Of a stretch of 64,000 nt of DNA, positions 48,855-58,293 are shown piece after piece. This stretch comes from an uncultured virus (IMG/VR IMGVR_UViG_2684623188_000002) (Duplodnaviria; Heunggongvirae; Uroviricota; Caudoviricetes), in the IMG/VR virus record IMGVR_UViG_2684623188_000002. The stretch is one strand, 5' to 3'. A program made the translations under genes and the position numbers. Below the pieces are notes generated by a model. The model had not been told where the DNA came from. It saw only the letters and a list, made by a program, of their open reading frames with translations, and did not search any database. Every line of letters starts with the position of its first letter. Position 1 is the first letter of the stretch.

Positions 48855-49019
48855 ATGGGATTTCTTGAATTTTTATCCGACCTTCTCGGCGCCCTCGGCA
48901 ATATTCAGCCTTACGAAAAGCCTCGCAGGGTTTTCACGCGGAGATTTGTCGCATTCTGCGTTATGGTGGCTGTGCTTGAGCTGATGACGCTGAGCCATTT
49001 CTACGCAGAGGTCGGGTGA
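48855..49019 (+). CDS. Small membrane protein
   Basis: C-terminal TM segment. Confidence 0.5.
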   Translation: MGFLEFLSDLLGALGNIQPYEKPRRVFTRRFVAFCVMVAVLELMTLSHFYAEVG

Positions 49020-49132
49020 GGCTTGGGGTCTGCGGATGAGGTGAAGGCGGGAAAGATTTTGCGGAGCAAGGAATAACAGGTCGCGAACCATGTCGCGTGC
49101 TCTGGTGAAGAATGTTTGCGCGCTAACGGTCA

Positions 49133-49174
49133 CGACCTTGAATTTCACTTTGAATAACGTGACATTCAAGGTCG
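49133..49174. promoter_or_regulatory. 16-bp inverted repeat upstream of NTase operon
   Basis: CGACCTTGAATTTCAC-N10-GTGACATTCAAGGTCG, 15/16 complementary. Confidence 0.6.
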
Positions 49175-49199
49175 ACAGGGACTAACTTGAGGGAAGTGG

Positions 49200-49673
49200 A
49201 TGCCTATACCCGCATTAGACGCCAGAGGATTGCTTCCTGGTGGCGTCCACATCGGGACCTTGCGAGATATTGAGCAGCGCTTTTTGTTCAATCAATACAG
49301 GTCCGACCTTTACTATCAGGTAAAGAATTTTTTAGACGGCGAACTCAGAGATAAGGCTTTCGGTCTACAGCTCGTGCTCGGCGGGAGCTTTTTCTCCGAC
49401 AAGGAGCATCCTGCCGACATTGAGGCCACCGTGTACCTACCATCACCCATGGTGATCGCGCACGGGCCATTAATGGCGCTCAACAATGGGCACGAGAACA
49501 GTCGCATTAAGAATTCCTTCAGGGCTGACTTCTATGTCAGTCTGATGGTTGCAGGATGCATGAACCTTGGTCAGTTTTTTCAGTACGTCGGCCCCAAAAC
49601 AGCACATGACAAGGGGCTTCACGAAAAGGATGCGCGCGGCGTAATTGAGGTGGAAGCATGGGAACTTGGGTAG
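49200..49673 (+). CDS. Pol-beta-like nucleotidyltransferase (DUF6932-like)
   Basis: GLLP.GVH N-terminus, GGSFFSDKEHPADIE, third acid in RADFY. Confidence 0.7.
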   Translation: MPIPALDARGLLPGGVHIGTLRDIEQRFLFNQYRSDLYYQVKNFLDGELRDKAFGLQLVLGGSFFSDKEHPADIEATVYLPSPMVIAHGPLMALNNGHENSRIKNSFRADFYVSLMVAGCMNLGQFFQYVGPKTAHDKGLHEKDARGVIEVEAWELG

Positions 49674-50632
49674 AACAGGTCCACAAAAGGGCATCAGTTT
49701 TTCAGGATCAGATCGTCGCAGCCAAGCAGACCCAGATTGCACACGGCGTCGAATTGGGGCAAATGATCGAATTCCTACAAAGCAAACTTCGTGATTTATA
49801 CGAAGAAGAGATGCCTTTGGCCAAAATTTACGACACATCAGATTTGGTGTTCCATGCCGAAGGGCCATCTACTGCCTCTGCAACCCCCGGCCTCCATGCT
49901 TTTAACTGGCTGTGCGGATCGGCTGAGAAGCAACTAAAGATGCTAGCCCGCTCCATTTTTGACCTTTCAGATCGTGATGCAAAGAAGCTCTCGAACAATC
50001 TGGATCTGAGATTTACTGGCTTTGCCCCAGGCAGCATCTATGCAGGATTCACTCTCTCTGAAATCCCATCGATTCTAGATAGCGACGAGCCGGAATTGAT
50101 TTTTTCGGTTCTGAAACAGGCCATCAGACAGCTGCCAGCAATACCTGAGTTTATCGGTGATGAGCGAGTAAGCGGTGCGATAAACGAGCTGATTCCCGAC
50201 CCCGCAATGCGTGATGCTAGCTTGGAAACCGTGTTCAAGTTGTCTCCAACTGGGAGGGCAGGTATCCATACTGTCGACATCTCCTCTCCCGATGCAAGAG
50301 TAGCCTCGCTTACAACGCGAGAGCGCGTAGTCCTTAGAGATGCACTTCAGAAACCCGTAACGAACACCAAAAAATTTGGGCGCTTTGTCGGTGAGGTTCG
50401 CGAAATTGACCTCGACTCCGGAAGGTTCCATCTGCGAAATGTGCTCGACATCGGAACGGTCAGGTGCGTAATGCCAGCGGTCACTAGTGAACAAGGGCAG
50501 AAGCTTCTCGGCGCTCAAGTCTTGGTTGAAGGTCAGTACGAATGCGATGCGTCCGGGAGACCGCGACTAATGTTCGTAGAAACAGTAAAGCCCTCTAAAG
50601 AGATTGATTTACAAACCTCAATAACATTTTGA
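49658..50632 (+). CDS. Partner protein of unknown function, possible C-terminal OB-like fold
   Basis: Overlaps NTase by 16 nt; FAPGS motif; C-terminal VGEVREIDLDSGRF beta region. Confidence 0.75.
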   Translation: MGTWVEQVHKRASVFQDQIVAAKQTQIAHGVELGQMIEFLQSKLRDLYEEEMPLAKIYDTSDLVFHAEGPSTASATPGLHAFNWLCGSAEKQLKMLARSIFDLSDRDAKKLSNNLDLRFTGFAPGSIYAGFTLSEIPSILDSDEPELIFSVLKQAIRQLPAIPEFIGDERVSGAINELIPDPAMRDASLETVFKLSPTGRAGIHTVDISSPDARVASLTTRERVVLRDALQKPVTNTKKFGRFVGEVREIDLDSGRFHLRNVLDIGTVRCVMPAVTSEQGQKLLGAQVLVEGQYECDASGRPRLMFVETVKPSKEIDLQTSITF

Positions 50633-50636
50633 ACCC

Positions 50637-50661
50637 AAGCCCGGCCCTGTGCCGGGCTTTT
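50637..50661 (+). terminator. Terminator of NTase operon
   Basis: AAGCCCGGC-CCTGT-GCCGGGCTTTT. Confidence 0.8.
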
Positions 50662-50778
50662 CGTTCCGCCCTTCCCTACCTATCTCTTCGTCAACCCCGC
50701 CACCACCAGCCGCTCCGAGAAAAAGGCTCAATCTGATGATAGGATCGGCAACCCAAGCGCTCAGCGGAAGAGTCTCCA

Positions 50779-51243
50779 GTGACCAAAATCATCTGCGCCA
50801 AAGAATTCGACATCTGCGTATCAATGTCTGATGTCGTTACCTGGCAAGACGGCGAAAAGACCCCCGACATCGATCTGCAGGCGGTATTCAATATCCTTGG
50901 CATACCAGCCAACATTCTCGATCTACATAACCTGTACTTTGCCCATTCGTACAACGGTACCGGCGACGTCCATGTTTACCATGCCGAAAATAATGGTGGC
51001 AGCATACTCGCCGTCAATATGTACAGAGACCTAACCGATCAGCTCGATCTCACGCTTATCTGTTTACGTGTGGAGAGCCCTGATTTTGAGCTCGCCCTCT
51101 CACACCTCAGATCGTTCTTCGACAAGACCAAATGCCAGGTGGCGTTTGAGCAATTCGGACATTCACTACGACTTCACGCGATGCTTGACGAAAGCAGGTA
51201 TCCCCGTCCCGTCGAAGAAGATAATGACTTCATGCAGCAATAG
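50779..51243 (+). CDS. Hypothetical acidic protein
   Basis: 154-aa ORF between terminators. Confidence 0.6.
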   Translation: MTKIICAKEFDICVSMSDVVTWQDGEKTPDIDLQAVFNILGIPANILDLHNLYFAHSYNGTGDVHVYHAENNGGSILAVNMYRDLTDQLDLTLICLRVESPDFELALSHLRSFFDKTKCQVAFEQFGHSLRLHAMLDESRYPRPVEEDNDFMQQ

Positions 51244-51467
51244 TTCATCCATCGTTGAAATTTGATAGCCAGAACTGTCGAAAGCTTCAGCTTATGTCGT
51301 TTTTTTGCTTACCCCTCCCCCGTCACGCCTTCGTCACATCCACCAAGCACAATGCGGTCAGCCAAAGGGATTTGGCTCCATCTATAGAGAGCCCGCCATC
51401 TGTGGGCTTTTTGTTGTCTGCTCTCCCTAACTGCTACGCTTTCGATTCCCCGAATGGAATCGACCTC

Positions 51468-51683
51468 ATGTCTGATCAATACACCCTCCCCGACCTCCTC
51501 GAAAGAATGTACGAGAATCAGCTCGCCCTAGAAGCAGCCATCATGGAGCTCACTCTGTGGGTTGAGCAACGCGGATCGGCAGACGTCGGCGAGAACGTTC
51601 GCGGGGCACTGTATGCGATCGATGAGAATGCCGGGCACATCAAGCAGGGGCTGGCAAGGCTGAGGGTCTCCCAACAGCAATAA
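51468..51683 (+). CDS. Small helical protein, paralogue of 7016-7225
   Basis: Shared ENQLALEAAIMEL motif; flanked by duplicated terminator. Confidence 0.75.
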   Translation: MSDQYTLPDLLERMYENQLALEAAIMELTLWVEQRGSADVGENVRGALYAIDENAGHIKQGLARLRVSQQQ

Positions 51684-51743
51684 CCCCCCTCGCCGATCGA
51701 GAGCCCGCCACGTGCGGGCTTTTTGTTGCCTTTCAAAAATAAT

Positions 51744-51785
51744 AATACCAATGGCATTGACGAATAACATTGCCATTGGTATTGT
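51744..51785 (+). promoter_or_regulatory. OL operators and PL promoter
   Basis: AATACCAATGGCATT (51744) and ATTGCCATTGGTATT (51769) overlap TTGACG-N17-TATTGT. Confidence 0.88.
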
Positions 51786-51831
51786 TTATTCCAAGCCGAG
51801 ACATCACCGGCCCAGCAGCGAAAGCCGCGAC

Positions 51832-51840
51832 CGCTCTTTA
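51832..51840 (+). promoter_or_regulatory. boxA-like antitermination element
   Basis: CGCTCTTTA ~45 nt after PL -10. Confidence 0.65.
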
Positions 51841-52100
51841 AAAATTCAGAACACGATCCTGCTGCGGAAATAACAGCGGGGCCTCCTGTCCGGCAAGGAC
51901 AGGGAGGGTCGATGCAAAGGCTCTCAACAAACCCTAACGATTGGCCGCTACGCCTCTACTGGAGACCGGCGATCCGATCTGACCTACCGCCCCGGGAGTG
52001 ACTGGGACGATGGAAGGAAACGCAGGGAGAACCTGCGGCGGACGAGGGATACCGAACTGGCGAATGACCCAGACATGCGTAGCGAGACAGATTCAAAAAT

Positions 52101-52202
52101 TAGCGCTCTGAGCCTCGGCTATGAGGAGCGCCGGACCTCATGCGGTGTGCCGTAAAAATCACTCAGGCACAGGGCTGTACGCCGCATGTTGTAGATACCC
52201 GA
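52101..52202 (+). ncRNA. Putative structured RNA element, copy B
   Basis: Matches 896-998; inside PL leader. Confidence 0.5.
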
Positions 52203-52432
52203 TGACCGCACCAGCAACGCTGATCGAGCTGGCGCGAACAGGGAAGCCCACCGCCGCACCTATATACCGAAACCTGTAATCAGCAAGCGGGGATTAGGCC
52301 TCAGGCAACACCACATCGCCGACGAAGTAGCCCCGGTCTGACGCCAGTAGCGTGACCGGGTGTTTTACGAACAGTTTCACCATTGCACCTGGCTTGCCGG
52401 GTGCAGCGGGAAACCAACCGGGAGTCATGACG

Positions 52433-52816
52433 ATGGAAGCAACAATCATCAACGGCGCATGGAAGGGCCACCTCGGTCGTGGCCTTGCGCCGCGAGAGCT
52501 TCAGTTCCTTCTCTGGATTGCCCAGGGATTCACCTCGAAAGAGATCGCCAGAGAGGCTGGTATCGAAGCCGGCACCGTCAAAAAGCGCCTCACTAACGCG
52601 ATGTTCAAGCTTGGCGTTACGCGGCGCACCGCCCTGGTGGCCGAGGCCATGAAGCGGCAGATCATCACGCCGATGTGTTTTGTCCTGGCGGCGCTGGTCG
52701 CCATCCATTCAATGCTTGATGACGAATCGATGCGTCGTGATCGCCGAGTGCCAGACAGGCGCACGGCTCAGATTCGGATGGTGCGTCGAGCCGAATGCCC
52801 TGCCCTGACCGTATGA
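52433..52816 (+). CDS. LuxR-type HTH protein
   Basis: LAPRELQFL..IAQG.TSKEIA...TVKKRL..AMFKLGV.RR. Confidence 0.88.
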   Translation: MEATIINGAWKGHLGRGLAPRELQFLLWIAQGFTSKEIAREAGIEAGTVKKRLTNAMFKLGVTRRTALVAEAMKRQIITPMCFVLAALVAIHSMLDDESMRRDRRVPDRRTAQIRMVRRAECPALTV

Positions 52817-52892
52817 CCGAAACACAGCTTTCACTGGTTGGCCTTGGCAGCAGGGCCAGACGGGAAATCAACGAAATTGCACGGAGCACCAA

Positions 52893-53648
52893 ATGAGCGA
52901 ACAAACACTTCAAGCGCTACTGGCTGAGCGAGTCACTGCGTTTGCAGCAAGTGATCAGCCCGCAGCCATCATCGACGAACATGTAAAAGTCATGTTCACC
53001 AAGGTGATCGATAACTGCTTTGGCCGTTATGGCGAGATGGCCAAGCTGGTTGAGGAAGCGATCAAAGCAGCGTTGCCCGCCAACCTCAGCAGCGTCTTCG
53101 AGTTGACGCGCTACAACGCAATGATCGCCAAAGCGCTGCAGGAAAAGTGGGAAAACAGCGGTGTCGAGGCCGACATGGTCCGTCGTGCACAACAGGCTAT
53201 CGACGAAGTCCTCAACAAGGACCAAATGCCGGAGGTGGTCAGCTTGCAAGAGCTGCTCGAAGCATTCGTTGATGAGCACAAGGAAAGTGCCGCGGAAGAG
53301 CGCTGGGAGCAGCCGGATGTTCGCTTCCAGGAATCCGATTACGGCGGCCTGCACATCTACTTCGACAAGAAGCCAAAGGAAGAGTCCCCCTATACCAGCC
53401 GCGAGCGCAGCGAATACAGCCTGGATAACGCGATCCATATCTCGTTCGATAAGCGCGGCAATGACCGCGATGATAAAGGTCGTCAGGTTGGCACCGTATA
53501 CGCCGCCCGTATCGATAACGAGAAGATCGGCCAAACCCTGCGCTTCAGGTCGAAGTTCGAGAAGCTGCTCGCCAGTCTCTACTTTGGCGCCTCCAAGATC
53601 TTGGTGGACTGCGAAGAAGACGACTTCAGCTACGGGCTGTACGACTGA
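52893..53648 (+). CDS. Hypothetical phage protein
   Basis: 251 aa, GGAG SD. Confidence 0.75.
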   Translation: MSEQTLQALLAERVTAFAASDQPAAIIDEHVKVMFTKVIDNCFGRYGEMAKLVEEAIKAALPANLSSVFELTRYNAMIAKALQEKWENSGVEADMVRRAQQAIDEVLNKDQMPEVVSLQELLEAFVDEHKESAAEERWEQPDVRFQESDYGGLHIYFDKKPKEESPYTSRERSEYSLDNAIHISFDKRGNDRDDKGRQVGTVYAARIDNEKIGQTLRFRSKFEKLLASLYFGASKILVDCEEDDFSYGLYD

Positions 53649-53713
53649 CCAACCAGCGCCACGTCAGCCTGACGACAACTGCCCGAGCACCTGGTACTCC
53701 CCAGCACCAGGCT

Positions 53714-53839
53714 GCATCGGAGTGTGATCTGGCGTGTGACTGGCTTGCACGCCCGGCTAAACAGAACGTTGCGCTGGGTGCAACCGGCGCTTCCGACTGG
53801 AGGGTAGCCAGCCCCTCTCGCCAGATCACACCCCGATGC
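53714..53839 (+). ncRNA. Long-stem RNA structure (RNase III substrate-like)
   Basis: 21-nt arms 20/21 complementary enclosing ~84 nt with short hairpins. Confidence 0.5.
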
Positions 53840-53918
53840 GGACGAAACTGCGGCCTATAACCGCCCACCTGCATCACCAATGCGAACCGTGAGCGACGAG
53901 CCGGCAAGGCGAAACGAA

Positions 53919-54257
53919 CTACTTTGCGGCGTAGCTTTTGCACATATCCTGTCCCATGGCCGCCATGCCTGAGCTGTTGAGGGCCTGCACCATAACCCCG
54001 ACTTCGCCTTTGTAAGCGGGGTCTGAGCTCACTTTTCGGACTTCGGCCTTGGTTGCTTCATCCATCTTAGGATCGCTGACCATAGCATTTTCGATAGAGC
54101 CATTTAAGCCAGGGTTTGCCTTATTGCAGATCTGCCCCATTGCAACGAGCGTTACGGCAACTTGATGCGTATCAACGGCTTGATTCGCGAAAGTGCTGCT
54201 GGCAAAGCCAAAGCTCACCAGGGACAGGCACAGTGTTGCGTTCCTTAATGAAAACAC
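53919..54257 (-). CDS. Secreted hypothetical moron protein
   Basis: Signal peptide (TFA-N), Cys pair. Confidence 0.7.
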   Translation of the reverse strand: MFSLRNATLCLSLVSFGFASSTFANQAVDTHQVAVTLVAMGQICNKANPGLNGSIENAMVSDPKMDEATKAEVRKVSSDPAYKGEVGVMVQALNSSGMAAMGQDMCKSYAAK

Positions 54258-54421
54258 TCAACAGCTCCTAGACGTTCAAATAAATAAGTACGGCCGAGGC
54301 CTTATCGGCCGAAAGCTTCTCGGCTTTACCCCTGCCCAAAACCCAATACACCAACATTCCCCTCCGCGCCCAACGGTAAGCAGCGGAACAGATGAGTGCA
54401 GCCGAGTGGTTTTGAATCAGA

Positions 54422-54781
54422 TCACGACCTGAAAGCGCGACTAGAGATGCTGACGTTATTTTGGTCCGGATCTTTGGCATTGGAAAAGCTGTATCCCTCG
54501 GCCTCATGCGTAGCCCCGAAATGCAGCCCCTTTGCTGCGGCGGCATCTTTGAAAGCCTGAACATCACCCACATCGAAAACGAGCTTGATGCAAGCTTGGC
54601 CGGTCTTAACGCTTTTAGCTGCTTTGTGCAGAAGTAGCTTGATACCACCTGCCGGCGAGCTCAGCTCCGTGATGCCATTGAGTTCCGGCAATGCGGAAAA
54701 CCCAAAATGCCGAGTGTAGAAATCAGATGTTTTCGCGACATCCTTCGCATAAATGATCACCGCATTGATTGCTGGCTTCAT
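54422..54781 (-). CDS. VOC/glyoxalase-family protein
   Basis: IIYAKDV...DFY..HFGF, LVFDV.DV, KDPDQN. Confidence 0.85.
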   Translation of the reverse strand: MKPAINAVIIYAKDVAKTSDFYTRHFGFSALPELNGITELSSPAGGIKLLLHKAAKSVKTGQACIKLVFDVGDVQAFKDAAAAKGLHFGATHEAEGYSFSNAKDPDQNNVSISSRAFRS

Positions 54782-54874
54782 ATCACCCTCCCTGGTTGGT
54801 CACTCAATTCAACCGACGATATTAGACGTAAATCCTCACTACATCACTCCCCCCTCACCACTCTGGAAGCAACC

Positions 54875-55123
54875 ATGCACCCAGCCATTCAGCTCGCAAA
54901 CGATGTTCGCAAGGCACTGCGTCAACGCTCACATATAGCGATCGCCGACTTCTACGAGTTGATCGGCCAACCGGTGCCCGGCGCACCGCCGCGCTTCGTT
55001 GTGAAGCTGGCGGGTAAAGCTTTCTTCCATGTGGTGGACAGTCGCACCGGCAAGGTCCGGGGCTTTCGCCGCGATCACAATGAAGCGTGCGCTCTGGCGC
55101 GCCAGCTTGAACAAAAGGAGTAG
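54875..55123 (+). CDS. Hypothetical phage protein
   Basis: FFHVVD.RTGKVRGFR; start MHPAIQ. Confidence 0.65.
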   Translation: MHPAIQLANDVRKALRQRSHIAIADFYELIGQPVPGAPPRFVVKLAGKAFFHVVDSRTGKVRGFRRDHNEACALARQLEQKE

Positions 55124-55128
55124 CTGCG

Positions 55129-55362
55129 ATGGCAACCAGTTACGCCGATAGCGCCCAAGCCCGGGAGTGGGATAAGCGCTTCGATGACTGGGGTAAGCCG
55201 CGAACCACCCTGGCTGAGATCGCGCACGACTACAACAACGAGGCAGATCTCGCTGCGAGGCGTGAGCAAGAAGTAGCCGACCGCGCCAGGCTCAAGCGTC
55301 GCATTGGCTTAGCCATGACGCAGATGGAGGCGATCTGCCCGCCAGTAGGAGGCACAAAGTGA
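55129..55362 (+). CDS. Hypothetical phage protein
   Basis: AAGGAG SD; coupled operon. Confidence 0.65.
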   Translation: MATSYADSAQAREWDKRFDDWGKPRTTLAEIAHDYNNEADLAARREQEVADRARLKRRIGLAMTQMEAICPPVGGTK

Positions 55363-55592
55363 ACGTCCAGCAACGCAACCACCAAACCGCAATCACCTGG
55401 ATCGAGGGCGAGATCGGCAACATGGTCCGCGACCTCGGCAAGGCCAACGCCAGTTCAGCGGCGACATCAGCGATCACCCTAGCCTTCCTGCTTCACGTCA
55501 TCAGCGAAGACGAACACCGGGAGTACCGGGCTCGAATTGACCAGATCTACGCCACCTACAACGCATCGCTCAAGCAAGGAGCTGCCGCATGA
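55359..55592 (+). CDS. Hypothetical phage protein
   Basis: GTGA overlap with previous gene. Confidence 0.65.
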   Translation: MNVQQRNHQTAITWIEGEIGNMVRDLGKANASSAATSAITLAFLLHVISEDEHREYRARIDQIYATYNASLKQGAAA

Positions 55593-55789
55593 CTACTTCA
55601 CCAGTGAAAACCCTAGTCGATGAACAGCTCGAAGATATCACCGCGCACAACCAGTGCGAAGCTTATGGCTTGGCCGAACGGCGCGGGTTCTTCGACGCAC
55701 CGATTGAGCAGTACACCGAGACTGGCGATGGCGGTCACGTCCTACAGGTGCTGCGTTACCGAGTTGCTCAACTGGACCGTGAGCGATGA
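55589..55789 (+). CDS. Hypothetical phage protein
   Basis: ATGA overlap. Confidence 0.6.
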   Translation: MTTSPVKTLVDEQLEDITAHNQCEAYGLAERRGFFDAPIEQYTETGDGGHVLQVLRYRVAQLDRER

Positions 55790-55962
55790 GCGGCCATGGC
55801 GCGCATTTGCGCGGCCAAAACCTGGCCAAGCGCTGCGCAAAGCTTCGGCGAGAAGGTCTGCCGCTGACCGAAGTCGCCCAGATCGCCGGTGTCACTCGCG
55901 AGCAAGTCGCAGCCAAGATAAAGCTGGGCGAGCGCCTTCTGTCACTGGTTGAGTCTGCATGA
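55786..55962 (+). CDS. 58-aa HTH-like protein, not in ORF track
   Basis: ATGA overlap; LRREGLPLTEVAQIAGVTREQV. Confidence 0.6.
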   Translation: MSGHGAHLRGQNLAKRCAKLRREGLPLTEVAQIAGVTREQVAAKIKLGERLLSLVESA

Positions 55963-56161
55963 CAAGCCGCCAGAGTATCCGTCAGATCGTCTTCTGGCGA
56001 AGTTCGCTCGTAGCTCACACCCTCTGTACCGCCGCGATGTTGCTAACCGCCTTCACAAATCGCGTAACCCAATAACTACATCTTTCAAGGCTGCGCGTGG
56101 CGCGGCGAGGAATTGTCATGTCCGCAAATACTAAACAAACTCTCGTACAGAATCGCTCGAA

Positions 56162-57250
56162 ATGAGCGAAACCGACGATGCACAAAAATCTAACGCTATA
56201 GCCCCTGCGGTAGCCGTCACCGACATCGCCGAATATCGGCCGCACGAAGAACAGATCGTTCGTCTGGAGACGACTTACGCGAAGCTGGTCGTTGACTGCT
56301 CGACCAGCGAAGGCTTGGCTAATGCGAAAGAAGTTCGCGTCGATATCCGCGACGTGCGCTATGCCCTGGCGAATACCACCAAGACTGCACTCGTGCCCTA
56401 TCAACAGAAAGTCAAAGATGCCCAGGCTCGCGTCAACCAGGTTAAGGAGTTCGGCGACGCGTTGAAGGATCGCGTGTTGGCGATTGAAGCGCCTGTCGAC
56501 GAAGCAATTAAGGCCGAGGAAAAACGCGTAGCCAACGCCAAAGCCGAGCGCGAACGTGTCGAGGCTGAACGCGTCGAAGCCATCAGGGCAAAGATTACCC
56601 GCTTCAGCTCTATCGCTGCCGCATATGCAAGCCGTAGCGCTGCCGATATCGCCGACATTCTGCAAGGCGTCAAGGTGTCGGTGATCCTGCCCGAAGAATA
56701 TGCCGAGTTCGAAGCTGAAGGCACCATCGCTCGCGACAACGCTATCGAGCAGCTGGAAACACTGCACAAGTCTGCCGGTGAGCGAGAAGAAGCTGCCGCC
56801 AAGCTGCTGGCCCAGCAGAAAGAACTGGACGAGCTGCGCGAGAAGCAACGCATTGCCGACGCTGAAGCTGAGGAGCTGCGCAAGCAGCGGGCCGAGGAAG
56901 ACCGCCTGCGCTTGAAGAAGCAGCAGGACGAGCTGGACCAGCAGCGCCGCGATATGGAAGCACAGCAACGCCAACAGCGTGAACGCGACGCTCAGTATCA
57001 GCGCGATCAGGAAGAATTGGCCCGTCTGCGTGCCCAGGCTGCCGCACCCGCTCCAGCCGCTTCCGTAACTGCGCCCGTGGTCACGGAGAAGGTCGAAGTC
57101 GTACAAGTTAGCGCACATGCGGCCGCAGCTGAACCCGACGACGTGACTACGACCGCACCATTGGTTGACGACATTGTCGAGGTTGTAGCCCTGGGCTTCG
57201 ACGTGGACCTCGACACTGCTCGCGCTTGGCTTCGCGCCATCCGCTTCTAA
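56162..57250 (+). CDS. Coiled-coil protein upstream of recombinase
   Basis: Long E/Q/R/A-rich heptads. Confidence 0.75.
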   Translation: MSETDDAQKSNAIAPAVAVTDIAEYRPHEEQIVRLETTYAKLVVDCSTSEGLANAKEVRVDIRDVRYALANTTKTALVPYQQKVKDAQARVNQVKEFGDALKDRVLAIEAPVDEAIKAEEKRVANAKAERERVEAERVEAIRAKITRFSSIAAAYASRSAADIADILQGVKVSVILPEEYAEFEAEGTIARDNAIEQLETLHKSAGEREEAAAKLLAQQKELDELREKQRIADAEAEELRKQRAEEDRLRLKKQQDELDQQRRDMEAQQRQQRERDAQYQRDQEELARLRAQAAAPAPAASVTAPVVTEKVEVVQVSAHAAAAEPDDVTTTAPLVDDIVEVVALGFDVDLDTARAWLRAIRF

Positions 57251-57303
57251 GCACCCTTTCCATCTGAAGACCGACCAATCCCATGTTGGCCACGGAGAGC
57301 GCA

Positions 57304-58293
57304 ATGACCGATACAGACACCCAAGCACAAACCGGCCTTGCCACGTATCACGATCCATCGCACAACGCGGCAGCGCTCATTCTCGATCCAGGCACCATGA
57401 AGTCGATGAGCGACCTCGCGCTGATGATGTCGAAAGGCGTGACAACAGTCCCCAAGCATCTGAAGGGGAATCAAGCTGACTGCATGGCGGTAGTGCTACA
57501 AGCAATGCAGTGGCAGATGAACCCATTCGCTGTTGCGCAGAAGACGTTCATCGTTAACGGCGGAGCACTGAGCTATGAGGCGCAGCTCGTCAATGCAGTA
57601 ATCACCGCCAAGGCACCAGTCAAAGGTCGCTTGAATTTCGAGTGGTTCGGCACCTGGGAAAACGTCATCGGGAAGATGCGAGAAGTCACTAGCAAGACCA
57701 AGAAGGACGAGGATACTGGCGAGCCCAAAAAGTACCGGGTTCCAGACTGGAGCTTTGACGACGAGAAAGGTCTCGGGATCAAAGTCTGGGCAACCTTCAA
57801 AGGCGAAGACGAGCCACGCATTCTGGAACTTCTGCTCACTCAGGTCCGCACGCGGAACTCTACGCTTTGGGCGGAAGATCCCAAGCAGCAGATTGCCTAC
57901 TTGGTGACCAAAAAATGGGCGCGACTCTTCTGCCCTGATGTGATCCTTGGCGTCTATACGCCCGATGAATTCGAAGACTCGTACGGCGGCGAAATCGATA
58001 TCACCCCAGCTAAGCAGGCTTCAAACATCGCTGCTGCTACTGGTGTGTCGTTCGGCCCGAAATCCCCGTCACCGGAAATCGATGGGGTATTCGCAGACCT
58101 TTTGGTCGTCGCAAAGCGTCAGGACATCGAAGCCTATGCGACAGCCTGGGCAGGTCTCAAGCCTAAGCAGCGCGCTGCGATCGGTCTGGAGTGCCACGAA
58201 GCGCTCAAGAACATGGCGGCGACCGTTGATGTCGACTTTACCGATATGCCCCGCACCAACGACGACCTGAATCAGGCCGAGGAAGCGGCATAG
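57304..58293 (+). CDS. recT: RecT-like single-strand annealing protein
   Basis: VP.HL.G...DC.A...QA.QW.MNPFAVAQKT, W..DP.QQ, P.VILGVY..DE. Confidence 0.88.
   Translation: MTDTDTQAQTGLATYHDPSHNAAALILDPGTMKSMSDLALMMSKGVTTVPKHLKGNQADCMAVVLQAMQWQMNPFAVAQKTFIVNGGALSYEAQLVNAVITAKAPVKGRLNFEWFGTWENVIGKMREVTSKTKKDEDTGEPKKYRVPDWSFDDEKGLGIKVWATFKGEDEPRILELLLTQVRTRNSTLWAEDPKQQIAYLVTKKWARLFCPDVILGVYTPDEFEDSYGGEIDITPAKQASNIAAATGVSFGPKSPSPEIDGVFADLLVVAKRQDIEAYATAWAGLKPKQRAAIGLECHEALKNMAATVDVDFTDMPRTNDDLNQAEEAA

Noticed and set aside
51790..53920. tRNA, retron msr-msd, hammerhead ribozyme or solitary CRISPR repeat
   Set aside because: No T-loop/CCA cloverleaf, no RT, no CUGAUGA/GAAA core, no recognisable CRISPR repeat by eye
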